Positions 55,317 to 64,000 of a DNA stretch of 64,000 nt are shown here, piece after piece. Position 1 is the stretch's first letter; each line of letters opens with the position of its first letter. Source of the stretch: a virus (lineage: Duplodnaviria > Caudoviricetes); the IMG/VR virus record IMGVR_UViG_3300036802_000112, positions 110,194 to 174,193 of that record; one strand, written 5' to 3'. Under the pieces are notes generated by a model that ran no database searches, was not told the origin of the DNA, and saw only the letters and a list, made by a program, of their open reading frames with translations. The translations under genes and the position numbers were made by a program.

Positions 55317-57143
55317 ATGAGAAAGATTCACTCCTTGCTGGAAGATTTTCAAATCTTCCAGCAAAATGTTCCACCATCACAACCAGAAGAAAACGTTTGG
55401 TGGTGTGATACATCTATCGAACCAAACCGTCTTTACCGTTGGAATACACTAAAATGGATTCCGGTTGGATCTATTATTTCTGGTGGCGGCGGTAGTGGTA
55501 TGGATGAAGAGATTATTATTAAATTAGAAGATAAAATTAATAATCTACAATCTCAGCTCACTATGACTGCAAAAGAAATTGCAACAAAGGTAAGTAAACA
55601 AGATTACGAAAAAGATATTAATGGTGTACTGCAACGTGTAACTTTAGCAGAAAGCTCAATTTCACAAACTGCAGAACAAATCAAAAACACTGTTTCGAAA
55701 TCAGTTTACGAAAAAGATCAAAATGGTGTATTACAAAAAATCAGCACAATGGAAAGTTCGATTACACAAACCGCAGAAAGTATTAAATCCGTTGTAAAAA
55801 AAGATGATATTATATCTTCAATCAATCAGTCTGCGGAACAAATTCAAATCTCGGCAAATAGAATCTCATTCGAAGGTACAGCTATTTTTGATAACCTAGA
55901 AGGCGAACTCAAAAAGCAAATGTACGAGATTGAACAGGCTGCTAACCAAGCTAAACAGTTAGTTGATTTATGGAAGGTTAGCGGAACGACAACGATTAAC
56001 GGTGGTATGATTGCTTCTGATACAATTGCTGCCAAAACTTTGTTAATCGGTAACTTCGATAATCTATTCTCGAACGGAACATTAGAGTTCGGAGCTAAAG
56101 GTTTCACCTTAGGAACCAGCGGTAAGATTTTAGCAGAGAATCCTTACAGCGGTAAGTTCGCTTTACGCATCGCATTAAATGGTAATTTTAATGACGTTAT
56201 GGATGAGCGCTCTATTAAAGTAGTGCCTGGTGAAAAATACAAGTATGAAGTATTCGCTAGAACAAATAGTGGAACGATGTATGACCGTGTATTCCTAGTG
56301 AAATATATCGACACAACAGGAACTGTAAAAAGCTTCTATGTAGATAGCCAAACTATCAATAACACATGGAAACAGTTCTCAGGAACATTTACAATCCCTG
56401 CCGGAATTGTTGAAATGACTATTGGTGTAGGTACAACTGCTAGCCCTGCTAACGGAACTACTTACATCTACTATGACAATTTATATTGCCGTAGAATGTT
56501 AGACGGAAATACGATCATTGATGGTACACTTTCATTCGATAAAGCGAAAGGCGGAAGCCTTACATTAGGCGGAGCTAACAATGAAAGTGGCGCGCTTTAT
56601 ATCAAGGATGAAAATGGAAATATTATCGTGTACGGCAATAAAAACGGCCTTAATATTCAAAATGGTAAATTAACTGTCGTTCGTCCCGATGGGGCGAAAA
56701 TGATTACAGATGGTGTTATGGCTTATGACTTTACTATTGATAGTCATGAACCTCCATTTACAGGAACCAACATCCGTACACGTTCTTGGTACTGGGCAAC
56801 AAACAAAGGAATCGGCATGACGCGTGATGACCAAGTTTGCCAGTTCTTCTCATTCAGACATACATCAAGATACATCAATTTTGAAATGGATTATTTAATG
56901 GATGGCGTAGGACAAGGAAGCTTATTATTCACGCACGCTGGTAAATTTGATAACAACGGGAAAGAAATCATACTAAGAGATATTGCTTTCAGTAACACAA
57001 AAGCATTAACTGGTGGCGCAGGTCATGTTATTATTGACTTAGGAAAACCAACATACGAAAAGATGGGTATCTACGTAACTCTATATTCATGGACTGCCAA
57101 TGATGCTTTATGTCGTAAAGTACGCGCTTACTTGGAGGGATAA
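55317..57143 (+). CDS. Tail fibre-like protein, medium paralogue (608 aa) with one carbohydrate-binding-like module
   Basis: Same N/C domains; SSISQTAEQI repeats; NLFSNGTLE...VVPGEKYKY...WKQFSGTFTIP. Confidence 0.8.
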   Translation: MRKIHSLLEDFQIFQQNVPPSQPEENVWWCDTSIEPNRLYRWNTLKWIPVGSIISGGGGSGMDEEIIIKLEDKINNLQSQLTMTAKEIATKVSKQDYEKDINGVLQRVTLAESSISQTAEQIKNTVSKSVYEKDQNGVLQKISTMESSITQTAESIKSVVKKDDIISSINQSAEQIQISANRISFEGTAIFDNLEGELKKQMYEIEQAANQAKQLVDLWKVSGTTTINGGMIASDTIAAKTLLIGNFDNLFSNGTLEFGAKGFTLGTSGKILAENPYSGKFALRIALNGNFNDVMDERSIKVVPGEKYKYEVFARTNSGTMYDRVFLVKYIDTTGTVKSFYVDSQTINNTWKQFSGTFTIPAGIVEMTIGVGTTASPANGTTYIYYDNLYCRRMLDGNTIIDGTLSFDKAKGGSLTLGGANNESGALYIKDENGNIIVYGNKNGLNIQNGKLTVVRPDGAKMITDGVMAYDFTIDSHEPPFTGTNIRTRSWYWATNKGIGMTRDDQVCQFFSFRHTSRYINFEMDYLMDGVGQGSLLFTHAGKFDNNGKEIILRDIAFSNTKALTGGAGHVIIDLGKPTYEKMGIYVTLYSWTANDALCRKVRAYLEG

Positions 57144-57148
57144 TAAAA

Positions 57149-57490
57149 ATGGAAACAACAACTTTAATGGTTCGAGTGGATGAGAACGGGAATATTATAG
57201 AAGCCCAAAATGGAAAATATTTAATGGTTTCTCCTGGATATACATTCATTTTAAGTAATGTCGATGTTGAAGTAGCGAAATTAGCTATTCATTACAAAAT
57301 AGAAATGGATGGTTTCAAACCTAAATTAGTAACTAAAGATGGAACTCAACTTCCGGAACAACCAGATGTTCCAGAAATGGGATTGTCTACGGACGAGAAA
57401 TTGAAACGACTAGAAAACGAAAACAAGTCCATACAGCAAGCACTTCTAGATCTTACGGACTTCGTATTCCAGTCTCAATCGAAAAATTAA
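57149..57490 (+). CDS. Putative tail fibre chaperone/accessory protein
   Basis: Follows fibre gene; C-terminal EKLKRLENEN...ALLDL coiled coil. Confidence 0.55.
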   Translation: METTTLMVRVDENGNIIEAQNGKYLMVSPGYTFILSNVDVEVAKLAIHYKIEMDGFKPKLVTKDGTQLPEQPDVPEMGLSTDEKLKRLENENKSIQQALLDLTDFVFQSQSKN

Positions 57491-57491
57491 T

Positions 57492-57529
57492 TTTAAAAAC
57501 CAGGTGTGATTATCATACCTGGTTTTTAA
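57492..57529 (+). terminator. Intrinsic terminator
   Basis: TTAAAAACCAGGTGTGA...TCATACCTGGTTTTTAA. Confidence 0.75.
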
Positions 57530-57569
57530 TGATAAAATAGATGTATTATCATTAAAAGAAGGTGAGAAG

Positions 57570-60500
57570 ATGCCGAAACATTTAACCACATTTGACGAAA
57601 TATTATTTGAGTCTAACATTACAAAACAACCGACTCCACCTCAAAATCCATTACCAAACCAGGTGTGGATGGACACGAGTAAAGAGCCAAATATCCTTTT
57701 CCGTTGGGATGGCATAAAATGGGTTCCAGTTGGATTGCAAAACGAAAACGGGAATATCGAAATCATCGAAGACTTGCAAAATCACGTCGATCAAATCATT
57801 GATGATTTAAATAACAAAGCAAACAAAGAAGAAGTTCTAGCGAAAGTGAAAGAAATCGAGACAGACTTAGCCACGAAGGTTAATGGTGAATTTGTCGATG
57901 GTAAACTAATCATTGTTAACGATCAAATCGAAAACAAGATAAAAGAGCTTACAACTAAACTAGATGAGAAAGTTAACGATGCTGTATTCACAGAAGAAAT
58001 CACCGACATCTTAAATTCTTTAAAAGATAAAGCGGATTTAACATTCATTAACGGGCAGCTTGTATCGAAAGCGGATAAGGATAATACTTTTACAAAAGAA
58101 GAAACGATAAACGCTCTTAACTCAAAAGTAAGTAAAACGGAATATACGACTGATAAAGAAGGTATCGTAAAAGATTTAAAGGACCAAGAAAGTCGTATCA
58201 CACAGACGGAAGAAGAAATAAAAGCAACTGTAAAATCTGTAGATTATAAAGCTGACCAAAAAGGTGTAGTAGACCGATTAACTCAAGCAGAAAGTGCTAT
58301 CACACAGACGTCCGGTCAGATTTCATCAACCGTTAAGAAAACCGAGTATGACATAGACCAAAAGAAAGTTAATGATTCCCTCGGAGGGAAGGCCAATAGC
58401 GCCGACTTAGGTTTACTCGCTGATCGTGTGACAAAAAACGAAAGTTCCATTACACAAACCGCAGAACAAATCGAGAGTAAAGTATCTAAAACCACATACG
58501 AAAAAAACGTAACGGATACAAAAACGAAGTTGGACCAATTCAATCAGGACTTAGATACAAAAGCATCTAAGGGTGAATTAACGCAAGCCGTAACACGCAT
58601 TACAGAAGCGGAAAGTCGTATCACTCAAACAGAGAAAGATATCACCGCTACTGTAAAACAAACTGTTTACGACAAAGATCAGCAAGGATTAATCTCACGA
58701 TTGAGTACAGCAGAAAGTAAGATTACACAACAAGCAGGTCTTATCGAAAGCACAGTAACGAAGACAGAATTCACTACAGCTAACAAAGTACTAAATGACC
58801 AGATTGAACAAATCAAAGCTGAAGCTGGTGATGGAGAAGCAATCGCACAACGTTTCGTAGAAGCGGAAAGTCGTATCACTCAAACAGAGAAAGATATCAC
58901 CGCTACTGTTAAAAAGGTTGATTATGAAAAAGACCAAAACAACGTCGTAACTAGATTGAATACCGCCGAAAGTAAAATTTCCCAAACGGAGAAAGATATC
59001 ACTTCTAAGGTTTCTTCCACCCAGTATAACCAAGACCAAACGACATTAAAAACACGAGTTACAGATGCAGAAAGTAAGATTACACAACAAGCGGGCCTTA
59101 TCGAAAGTAAGGTAACAAAAACTGATTATGAAAAAGACCAAGGAACTGTTATCAATCGATTAACAAGCGCTGAAAGTAAAATCACACAAACTGAAAAAGA
59201 TATTACTTCTAAGGTATCGAATGACATTTATACAAAAGACAAAAACGATACTTTAACTCGACTCGGAAAGGCAGAAAGTTCTATCACGCAACAAGCAGGC
59301 CTTATCGAGAGTAAAGTAGAGAAAACAGTTGTATCTAGCCTTGATACGAAAGTAACAAATTCATTATCACAAATGAACGAAGACTTAGATACTATCGGGG
59401 TAAGAGTTGAAAAAACAGAGAGCTCCATTAAACAAACAAACGACTCTATCGCAACTTCCGTTTCTTCTATAAATAAAAAAATAGATGGTATTTCTGTAGG
59501 CGGTAACAACATCATTCCTAATTCCCTATTCAAAACACAAGGAAAATGGAGAAATTGGGGAGTTACTGGAGGAACAAGAACTTTCGGTGTTCCTGTAGAT
59601 ATAGCTGGTTTCAGTCACGGTTTTCAATTCGACGCACCCGCAGCAGGGGAATATGGTTACGCAGTCGATAGCATTGAAGTAACACAAGGTGAAACATATA
59701 CGCTTTCGGCTTGGTTTAAATTAACAAAAGCAGGTACTATAAAAGTCCAAGAAGGTGATACCACTATCAAATGGACAAGTACAAACAATACCCCTGCACT
59801 TAATCAATGGATTCGAATCACACACACATTCGTAGCTAAAGGAAGTACAATAAGTCTTTACTTCGGTCAGGAAAGCACTTCTCCTGCATGTGCTGGATTT
59901 GTAACTGGTGCTCAATTAGAAAGAGGTAATAAAGCTACTGATTGGAGTGTATCTACTCAAGATTTAGATGCGGCTATTAACGACAAAGTATCTAATACAG
60001 AATACACGAAGAAAATGGCTGAAATCAAGGTAACAACAGACCAAATCTCTCAAAGTGTTTCTAACGTCGATAAGAAAGTTAACGATCAAGGCACACGATT
60101 AACAACAGCTGAATCTAAGATTACACAAACGGAAAAAGATATTGCGTTAAAAGTCAATTCTACCGATGTATACAAGAAAACAGAAATTGACCCTAAGTTA
60201 AATGCGAAAGTTGATAATAACACGTATAATTCTAAAATCGCATCTATCGAAGCGACCAATAATTCAATCACTCAACGTGTTGAAGAAGTAAATAAAACAG
60301 TTACAGAAATTTCTGTAGGTGGTAGCAACTTCTATAATCAGAAGGAATTTGGCCCTGGTGGTGGTACTACTGCTACTTATAATTCAACTTTAGGAGAATG
60401 GACAGTAACGGTTGCAGCTAATAACAGTGTGTCTTGGAAGGGTATTGCGTATGCCTCAAAAACAGCGTTACTTTTACCAGGCAGAACCTACACTATAAGT

Positions 60501-63500
60501 TACGAGGTTTACGCTGACGAAGTTATCCCTACTTCCGTAGACATTAATAACTTCCCAGTTTCAACAGGTACAGGAGGAAATGACAACGACATTACAAGTA
60601 AACGCATTAACCGATTCCCTAAAACTATTGCGGGGCAGTGGGTTAAAGCTTCTGCTACATTCACAATGCCGGATGATCTTAAAGAGAACTACTTTGATAA
60701 ATCTGTTATAGGTGTGGGTGGATGGACACCGACGAAAACGACTGTTTTTAAGGTTCGTAAAATGCAGCTGGAAGAAGGTAATATTCCTTCAGACTTCTCT
60801 GTTTCCCAAGGCGATGTGGACGCGGCTATTAACGACAAAGTATCTAATACAGAATACACGAAGAAGCTAGCTGAATTGAAAGTTACAACGGACGGCATTA
60901 CAAGTTCTGTAACTAGTACGAATCAACGTATTGATGGTATTTCTGTTGGTGGAGAAAATTTGATGGAGAACACAAGCAACTTCTCTTCTACTGCCAATTG
61001 GTATTTAAACAGTGGAACATCAATGAACATTGTCACGAAAGATGGTTTTAATGTTTTAGAGGGTGTAGGTTCTATTCAACACATGAAGAACCCAACTGTT
61101 AAACCTAATACTGAATATATATTAACTGTCGAAATCATGTTTACGAAGGATACACCTTTAGACGGTTTGAATCCTATTCATTGGTGGTTAACTGATGGGG
61201 TGGCTGCAAGCGGACAAGGAGGAATGTTATCTTACAAACGATTAGTACCTTCAAACGCAACTTTTAAAGCTAATACATGGACTACCGTATCGATACTCTT
61301 AAAAACAAAAAGCGATATAAAACCGGGTGCTTTCTTTAAATTCTTTATTTACGGAGCAGCTCAATTAACAGCTGACAATAAGTATTGGTTAAAGACTGTT
61401 AAATTCGAAGAAGGTAATGTCCCTTCAGCTTACAGCCCTAGTTCTTCTGATTCATCTTATGGTGAGTTGTATGTAAAAGGTGTAGGTAATGACAGACCTA
61501 GCAATCGTTCGATCATTTTAAATGGTACAGAAATTGCAAAAACGACAGGTCGAGGTCATAACTTAATTTGTATCAAGCGAAGCGATTTATCAATTCTAGA
61601 TAACATACTATACGATACACATGCAAGTTTACAAACACCTGCATTAGTGACTAAGTTGAATGATTTAAATGATGACGTCATTATCGTTCTTTCAACTTGG
61701 GATTCAGCTTACGTAAACACTGCATTAGCAACTGCATTAAAACGATTTGGTGGATCTGGTAGAGAGGCGAATAAACAGCGCGTACCACACGCATTCATCG
61801 GTATCGCTGGTATCGGCGAAGGTGCTGGTATCGAATCAATGACAGACTCAGGAGCGACTTCACCACCTGCTGAAATCTCAACGAAGATTATCAACGGTAT
61901 CCCGCAAGGGATTAATATCGGTGCAAGCGAGGCTTTATCAAGAGTTGCAAGTGCTGAATCACGCATTACACAAACAGAAAAAGATATTACATCTAAAGTT
62001 TCTACTACAGATTACAACGGAACAAAATTAGTATCTATGATCAATCAAACTGCATCTACCGTAATGATTGATGCGAAAAACATCAACTTAAATGGTAATT
62101 TAACAATTAGTAACTTTAACCAAGATGTACAAAACAAAATCCAAACAGGTGTGGATGCAAAGGGTGTTGCTGATTCTGCTACTAATACGATAAACGGCAA
62201 TAAGGCAACTTGGGATAGATCATCTAACATCAATACAGATGGTACGTTGAATACAGCTAAGTTAAAAGGTACCGTATCTGATGCTCAAGTAGCTTCTGCA
62301 ACAAACTGGAATACCGCTAAGAGCACAGTAGATTCCAATAAGGCAACTTGGGATAGAGCGACGAACATCAACGCAGACGGTAAATTCAATACATCTAAAT
62401 TGAATGGTACATTAAGTGATGCTCAAATCGCTTCCGCTGCAAACTGGAATGGCGCTAAGTCATTGATGGATTCTTGGAAATCAGGAACAACAATGATCAA
62501 TGGTGGTATGATTGCTACTAATACTATCTTCGCTCAGCAAATTAATATTGGTGATTTTACGAACTTGTGTCAAATTGATGAGTCAAAAAATCCTAACGGT
62601 TTTAACACAGCTGTCGTAAATGGAAAAAGATACTTCAAAATCGGACCTGGCGCTTATGCTCCTGTAACAATAGTAAATGCTACAACAGTCGATTTCAAAC
62701 CTGACGATGAGTATTACATTGCTTTCAACGGTTATAAAGAAGCTGCGGTAACTAATCTTAACGCTATCTATCGTTATTACTATTCAGATGGAACATGGGA
62801 CAATGCGGGTACCGTTACTATGACTCCTGGAGCATCAGATGCACGTATCGCAAAAAACTTAAAAATAACAGCAGAGCCAAATAGCGCAAAAACCTTAACG
62901 AGTGTTAGTTTATTCTTTGAAAAAGATAGCGGAACGAGCGGATACTATTACATCCGTAATCTCGAAGTTCGTAAACGTTATGGCGGAGACTTAATCATTG
63001 ACGGTTCCCTTACGTTTGATAAAGCGAAGGGCGGAAATCTTGTACTAGGTGGAGCTAACAACGAAGGTGGTTCTCTTTACATCAGAGATGCCGCTGGCAA
63101 TAATATCATTTATGGAAATCAAAACGGTATCAATATTACTGGCGGTAAATTAACAGTCTCTCGTCCTGATGGAGCGAAATTCATTGAAAATGGAATGCCA
63201 TCTTTCGAGTTTGCCGTAAGCCCTCATCAACCATCATTCCGAGGTGGGAATATAACAACTAGGTCTTGGTATTGGTATACAGATAAAGGTCTTAACGCAA
63301 CGCGAGATGACCAAGTTTGTGAATTCTTCTCGTTCAAACACACATCTCGTTATATCACTTTCGAAATGGACTACTATAGCCAAAATGGTGGAGACTGTGT
63401 GTTAACATTTGTTCACGCTGGTAAATTCGACGCGAATGGAAAAGAAATTAATTTACGTTATATCGACTTTAAAAATACCAAACCATTAACTGCTAATGAA

Positions 63501-63623
63501 GGACGCGTTACTATTGACTTAGGAGTACCTACCTATGAAAAGATGGGTATATATGTCGTTCTTTATACTTGGTCAGGACCCGGGGCTTTAGCACGTTGCA
63601 TACGAGCTTACCTAGAAGGATAA
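57570..63623 (+). CDS. Long tail fibre / receptor-binding protein (2017 aa)
   Basis: Shared N/C domains; many AESxITQT coiled-coil repeats; three ISVGGxN...xExGN modules; ILEI/PANDER-like domain. Confidence 0.85.
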   Translation: MPKHLTTFDEILFESNITKQPTPPQNPLPNQVWMDTSKEPNILFRWDGIKWVPVGLQNENGNIEIIEDLQNHVDQIIDDLNNKANKEEVLAKVKEIETDLATKVNGEFVDGKLIIVNDQIENKIKELTTKLDEKVNDAVFTEEITDILNSLKDKADLTFINGQLVSKADKDNTFTKEETINALNSKVSKTEYTTDKEGIVKDLKDQESRITQTEEEIKATVKSVDYKADQKGVVDRLTQAESAITQTSGQISSTVKKTEYDIDQKKVNDSLGGKANSADLGLLADRVTKNESSITQTAEQIESKVSKTTYEKNVTDTKTKLDQFNQDLDTKASKGELTQAVTRITEAESRITQTEKDITATVKQTVYDKDQQGLISRLSTAESKITQQAGLIESTVTKTEFTTANKVLNDQIEQIKAEAGDGEAIAQRFVEAESRITQTEKDITATVKKVDYEKDQNNVVTRLNTAESKISQTEKDITSKVSSTQYNQDQTTLKTRVTDAESKITQQAGLIESKVTKTDYEKDQGTVINRLTSAESKITQTEKDITSKVSNDIYTKDKNDTLTRLGKAESSITQQAGLIESKVEKTVVSSLDTKVTNSLSQMNEDLDTIGVRVEKTESSIKQTNDSIATSVSSINKKIDGISVGGNNIIPNSLFKTQGKWRNWGVTGGTRTFGVPVDIAGFSHGFQFDAPAAGEYGYAVDSIEVTQGETYTLSAWFKLTKAGTIKVQEGDTTIKWTSTNNTPALNQWIRITHTFVAKGSTISLYFGQESTSPACAGFVTGAQLERGNKATDWSVSTQDLDAAINDKVSNTEYTKKMAEIKVTTDQISQSVSNVDKKVNDQGTRLTTAESKITQTEKDIALKVNSTDVYKKTEIDPKLNAKVDNNTYNSKIASIEATNNSITQRVEEVNKTVTEISVGGSNFYNQKEFGPGGGTTATYNSTLGEWTVTVAANNSVSWKGIAYASKTALLLPGRTYTISYEVYADEVIPTSVDINNFPVSTGTGGNDNDITSKRINRFPKTIAGQWVKASATFTMPDDLKENYFDKSVIGVGGWTPTKTTVFKVRKMQLEEGNIPSDFSVSQGDVDAAINDKVSNTEYTKKLAELKVTTDGITSSVTSTNQRIDGISVGGENLMENTSNFSSTANWYLNSGTSMNIVTKDGFNVLEGVGSIQHMKNPTVKPNTEYILTVEIMFTKDTPLDGLNPIHWWLTDGVAASGQGGMLSYKRLVPSNATFKANTWTTVSILLKTKSDIKPGAFFKFFIYGAAQLTADNKYWLKTVKFEEGNVPSAYSPSSSDSSYGELYVKGVGNDRPSNRSIILNGTEIAKTTGRGHNLICIKRSDLSILDNILYDTHASLQTPALVTKLNDLNDDVIIVLSTWDSAYVNTALATALKRFGGSGREANKQRVPHAFIGIAGIGEGAGIESMTDSGATSPPAEISTKIINGIPQGINIGASEALSRVASAESRITQTEKDITSKVSTTDYNGTKLVSMINQTASTVMIDAKNINLNGNLTISNFNQDVQNKIQTGVDAKGVADSATNTINGNKATWDRSSNINTDGTLNTAKLKGTVSDAQVASATNWNTAKSTVDSNKATWDRATNINADGKFNTSKLNGTLSDAQIASAANWNGAKSLMDSWKSGTTMINGGMIATNTIFAQQINIGDFTNLCQIDESKNPNGFNTAVVNGKRYFKIGPGAYAPVTIVNATTVDFKPDDEYYIAFNGYKEAAVTNLNAIYRYYYSDGTWDNAGTVTMTPGASDARIAKNLKITAEPNSAKTLTSVSLFFEKDSGTSGYYYIRNLEVRKRYGGDLIIDGSLTFDKAKGGNLVLGGANNEGGSLYIRDAAGNNIIYGNQNGINITGGKLTVSRPDGAKFIENGMPSFEFAVSPHQPSFRGGNITTRSWYWYTDKGLNATRDDQVCEFFSFKHTSRYITFEMDYYSQNGGDCVLTFVHAGKFDANGKEINLRYIDFKNTKPLTANEGRVTIDLGVPTYEKMGIYVVLYTWSGPGALARCIRAYLEG

Positions 63624-63695
63624 AATCAATGGAAAAACAATTCGGGATATCATACAATAATACTTGTAAGATATCCCGAAAGGAGATGAATAATA

Positions 63696-63824
63696 ATGAC
63701 GAGCTTCTACGCAGAGATGATTATCAAAGGTTTTCGTAAGTTTGAGCAATGCCCAGACCCTTTGAAACCACAAGTGAAAGAACGACTTAACGAACTAAAT
63801 GCTGGGTACCTTGTAACTGCATAG
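63696..63824 (+). CDS. 42-aa XkdX/CD1375-like protein, not in ORF track (MTSFYAEMIIKGFRKFEQCPDPLKPQVKERL...)
   Basis: AAGGAG RBS; Y-x-x-h-I-x-x-G...P...V...L pattern typical of small genes after Firmicute phage fibre genes. Confidence 0.65.
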   Translation: MTSFYAEMIIKGFRKFEQCPDPLKPQVKERLNELNAGYLVTA

Positions 63825-63833
63825 GTAAAATTG

Positions 63834-63849
63834 GTTATAAGTAAATTGA
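63834..63849 (+). promoter_or_regulatory. Repeated motif GTTATAAGTAAATTGA, copy 6
   Basis: One mismatch to consensus. Confidence 0.65.
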
Positions 63850-63852
63850 AGG

Positions 63853-63885
63853 AGAGAACGTATATTATATACGTTCTCTTTTTTT
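63853..63885 (+). terminator. Intrinsic terminator
   Basis: AGAGAACGTATA-TTA-TATACGTTCTCT then T-tract. Confidence 0.75.
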
Positions 63886-63913
63886 ATGTTTAAATACAGG
63901 AAGGAGCATAACA

Positions 63914-64000
63914 ATGAAACGATTTGAATACCTATTAAATAATAATTTTCGAGAAATATTAACACCACATAAAAAGGAAGAGGTAGTCAAAGATATATTA
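63914..64000 (+). CDS. Hypothetical protein, 3'-truncated by window edge
   Basis: AAGGAG RBS; MKRFEYLLNNNFREILTPHKKEEVVKDI..., open to the end. Confidence 0.6.
   Translation, partial: MKRFEYLLNNNFREILTPHKKEEVVKDIL

Noticed and set aside
369-62233. Many short ORF-track entries antisense to or nested in long genes (e.g. 12623..13024, 34213..34692, 44359..44913, 57923..58201)
   Set aside because: They are shadows of the real genes: no RBS, Ser/Phe/Ile-biased composition, fully overlapped.
56500-63623. Diversity-generating retroelement between the similar fibre C-termini
   Set aside because: Differences involve all four bases and many are synonymous, not adenine-specific. Both copies are coding and no reverse transcriptase is in the window.
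1-64000. Stop-codon reassignment
   Set aside because: Genes are long and tightly packed under the standard code; TAA, TAG and TGA all end genes at sensible positions.
1-64000. tRNA or rRNA genes
   Set aside because: Intergenic gaps are short and no cloverleaf or T-loop signatures were seen by eye; a tRNAscan run would be needed to exclude them formally.

Overview
A 64-kb segment of a large, AT-rich, contractile-tailed (myovirus-type) bacteriophage. The host is most likely Bacillus cereus group, inferred from a host-like SsbA and strong GGAGG(TG) ribosome-binding sites. Layout: (1) 1-5155, a tandem array of at least 12 small, acidic, highly diverged paralogues ending in hydrophobic-[E/S/P]-V-W-stop. 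Most begin M-Y-[Q/E]-L, and in most the EVW codons double as the Shine-Dalgarno (SD) of the next gene. This is the top candidate for an undescribed system. (2) 5205-14450, + strand replication genes (clamp-like protein, primase-helicase fusion, SF2 helicase, P-loop kinase) and membrane proteins. (3) 14475-46523, a minus-strand morphogenesis module: prohead protease, scaffold/head proteins rich in K-x-A motifs, capsid, neck, sheath, tube, tail chaperones with a -1 frameshift site, tape measure, two paralogous baseplate hubs with different peptidoglycan-hydrolase inserts, baseplate and holin. (4) 46657-54116, ssb, guanylate kinase, yhaM, small cassettes behind a repeated GTTATAAGTAAAGTGA motif, and a K-x-A-tagged ParB-domain protein. 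(5) 54230-63824, three paralogous fibre genes of 356, 608 and 2017 aa. No tRNA, rRNA, CRISPR array, integrase, terminase or portal was recognised. All calls come from reading motifs by eye; no database search was run.
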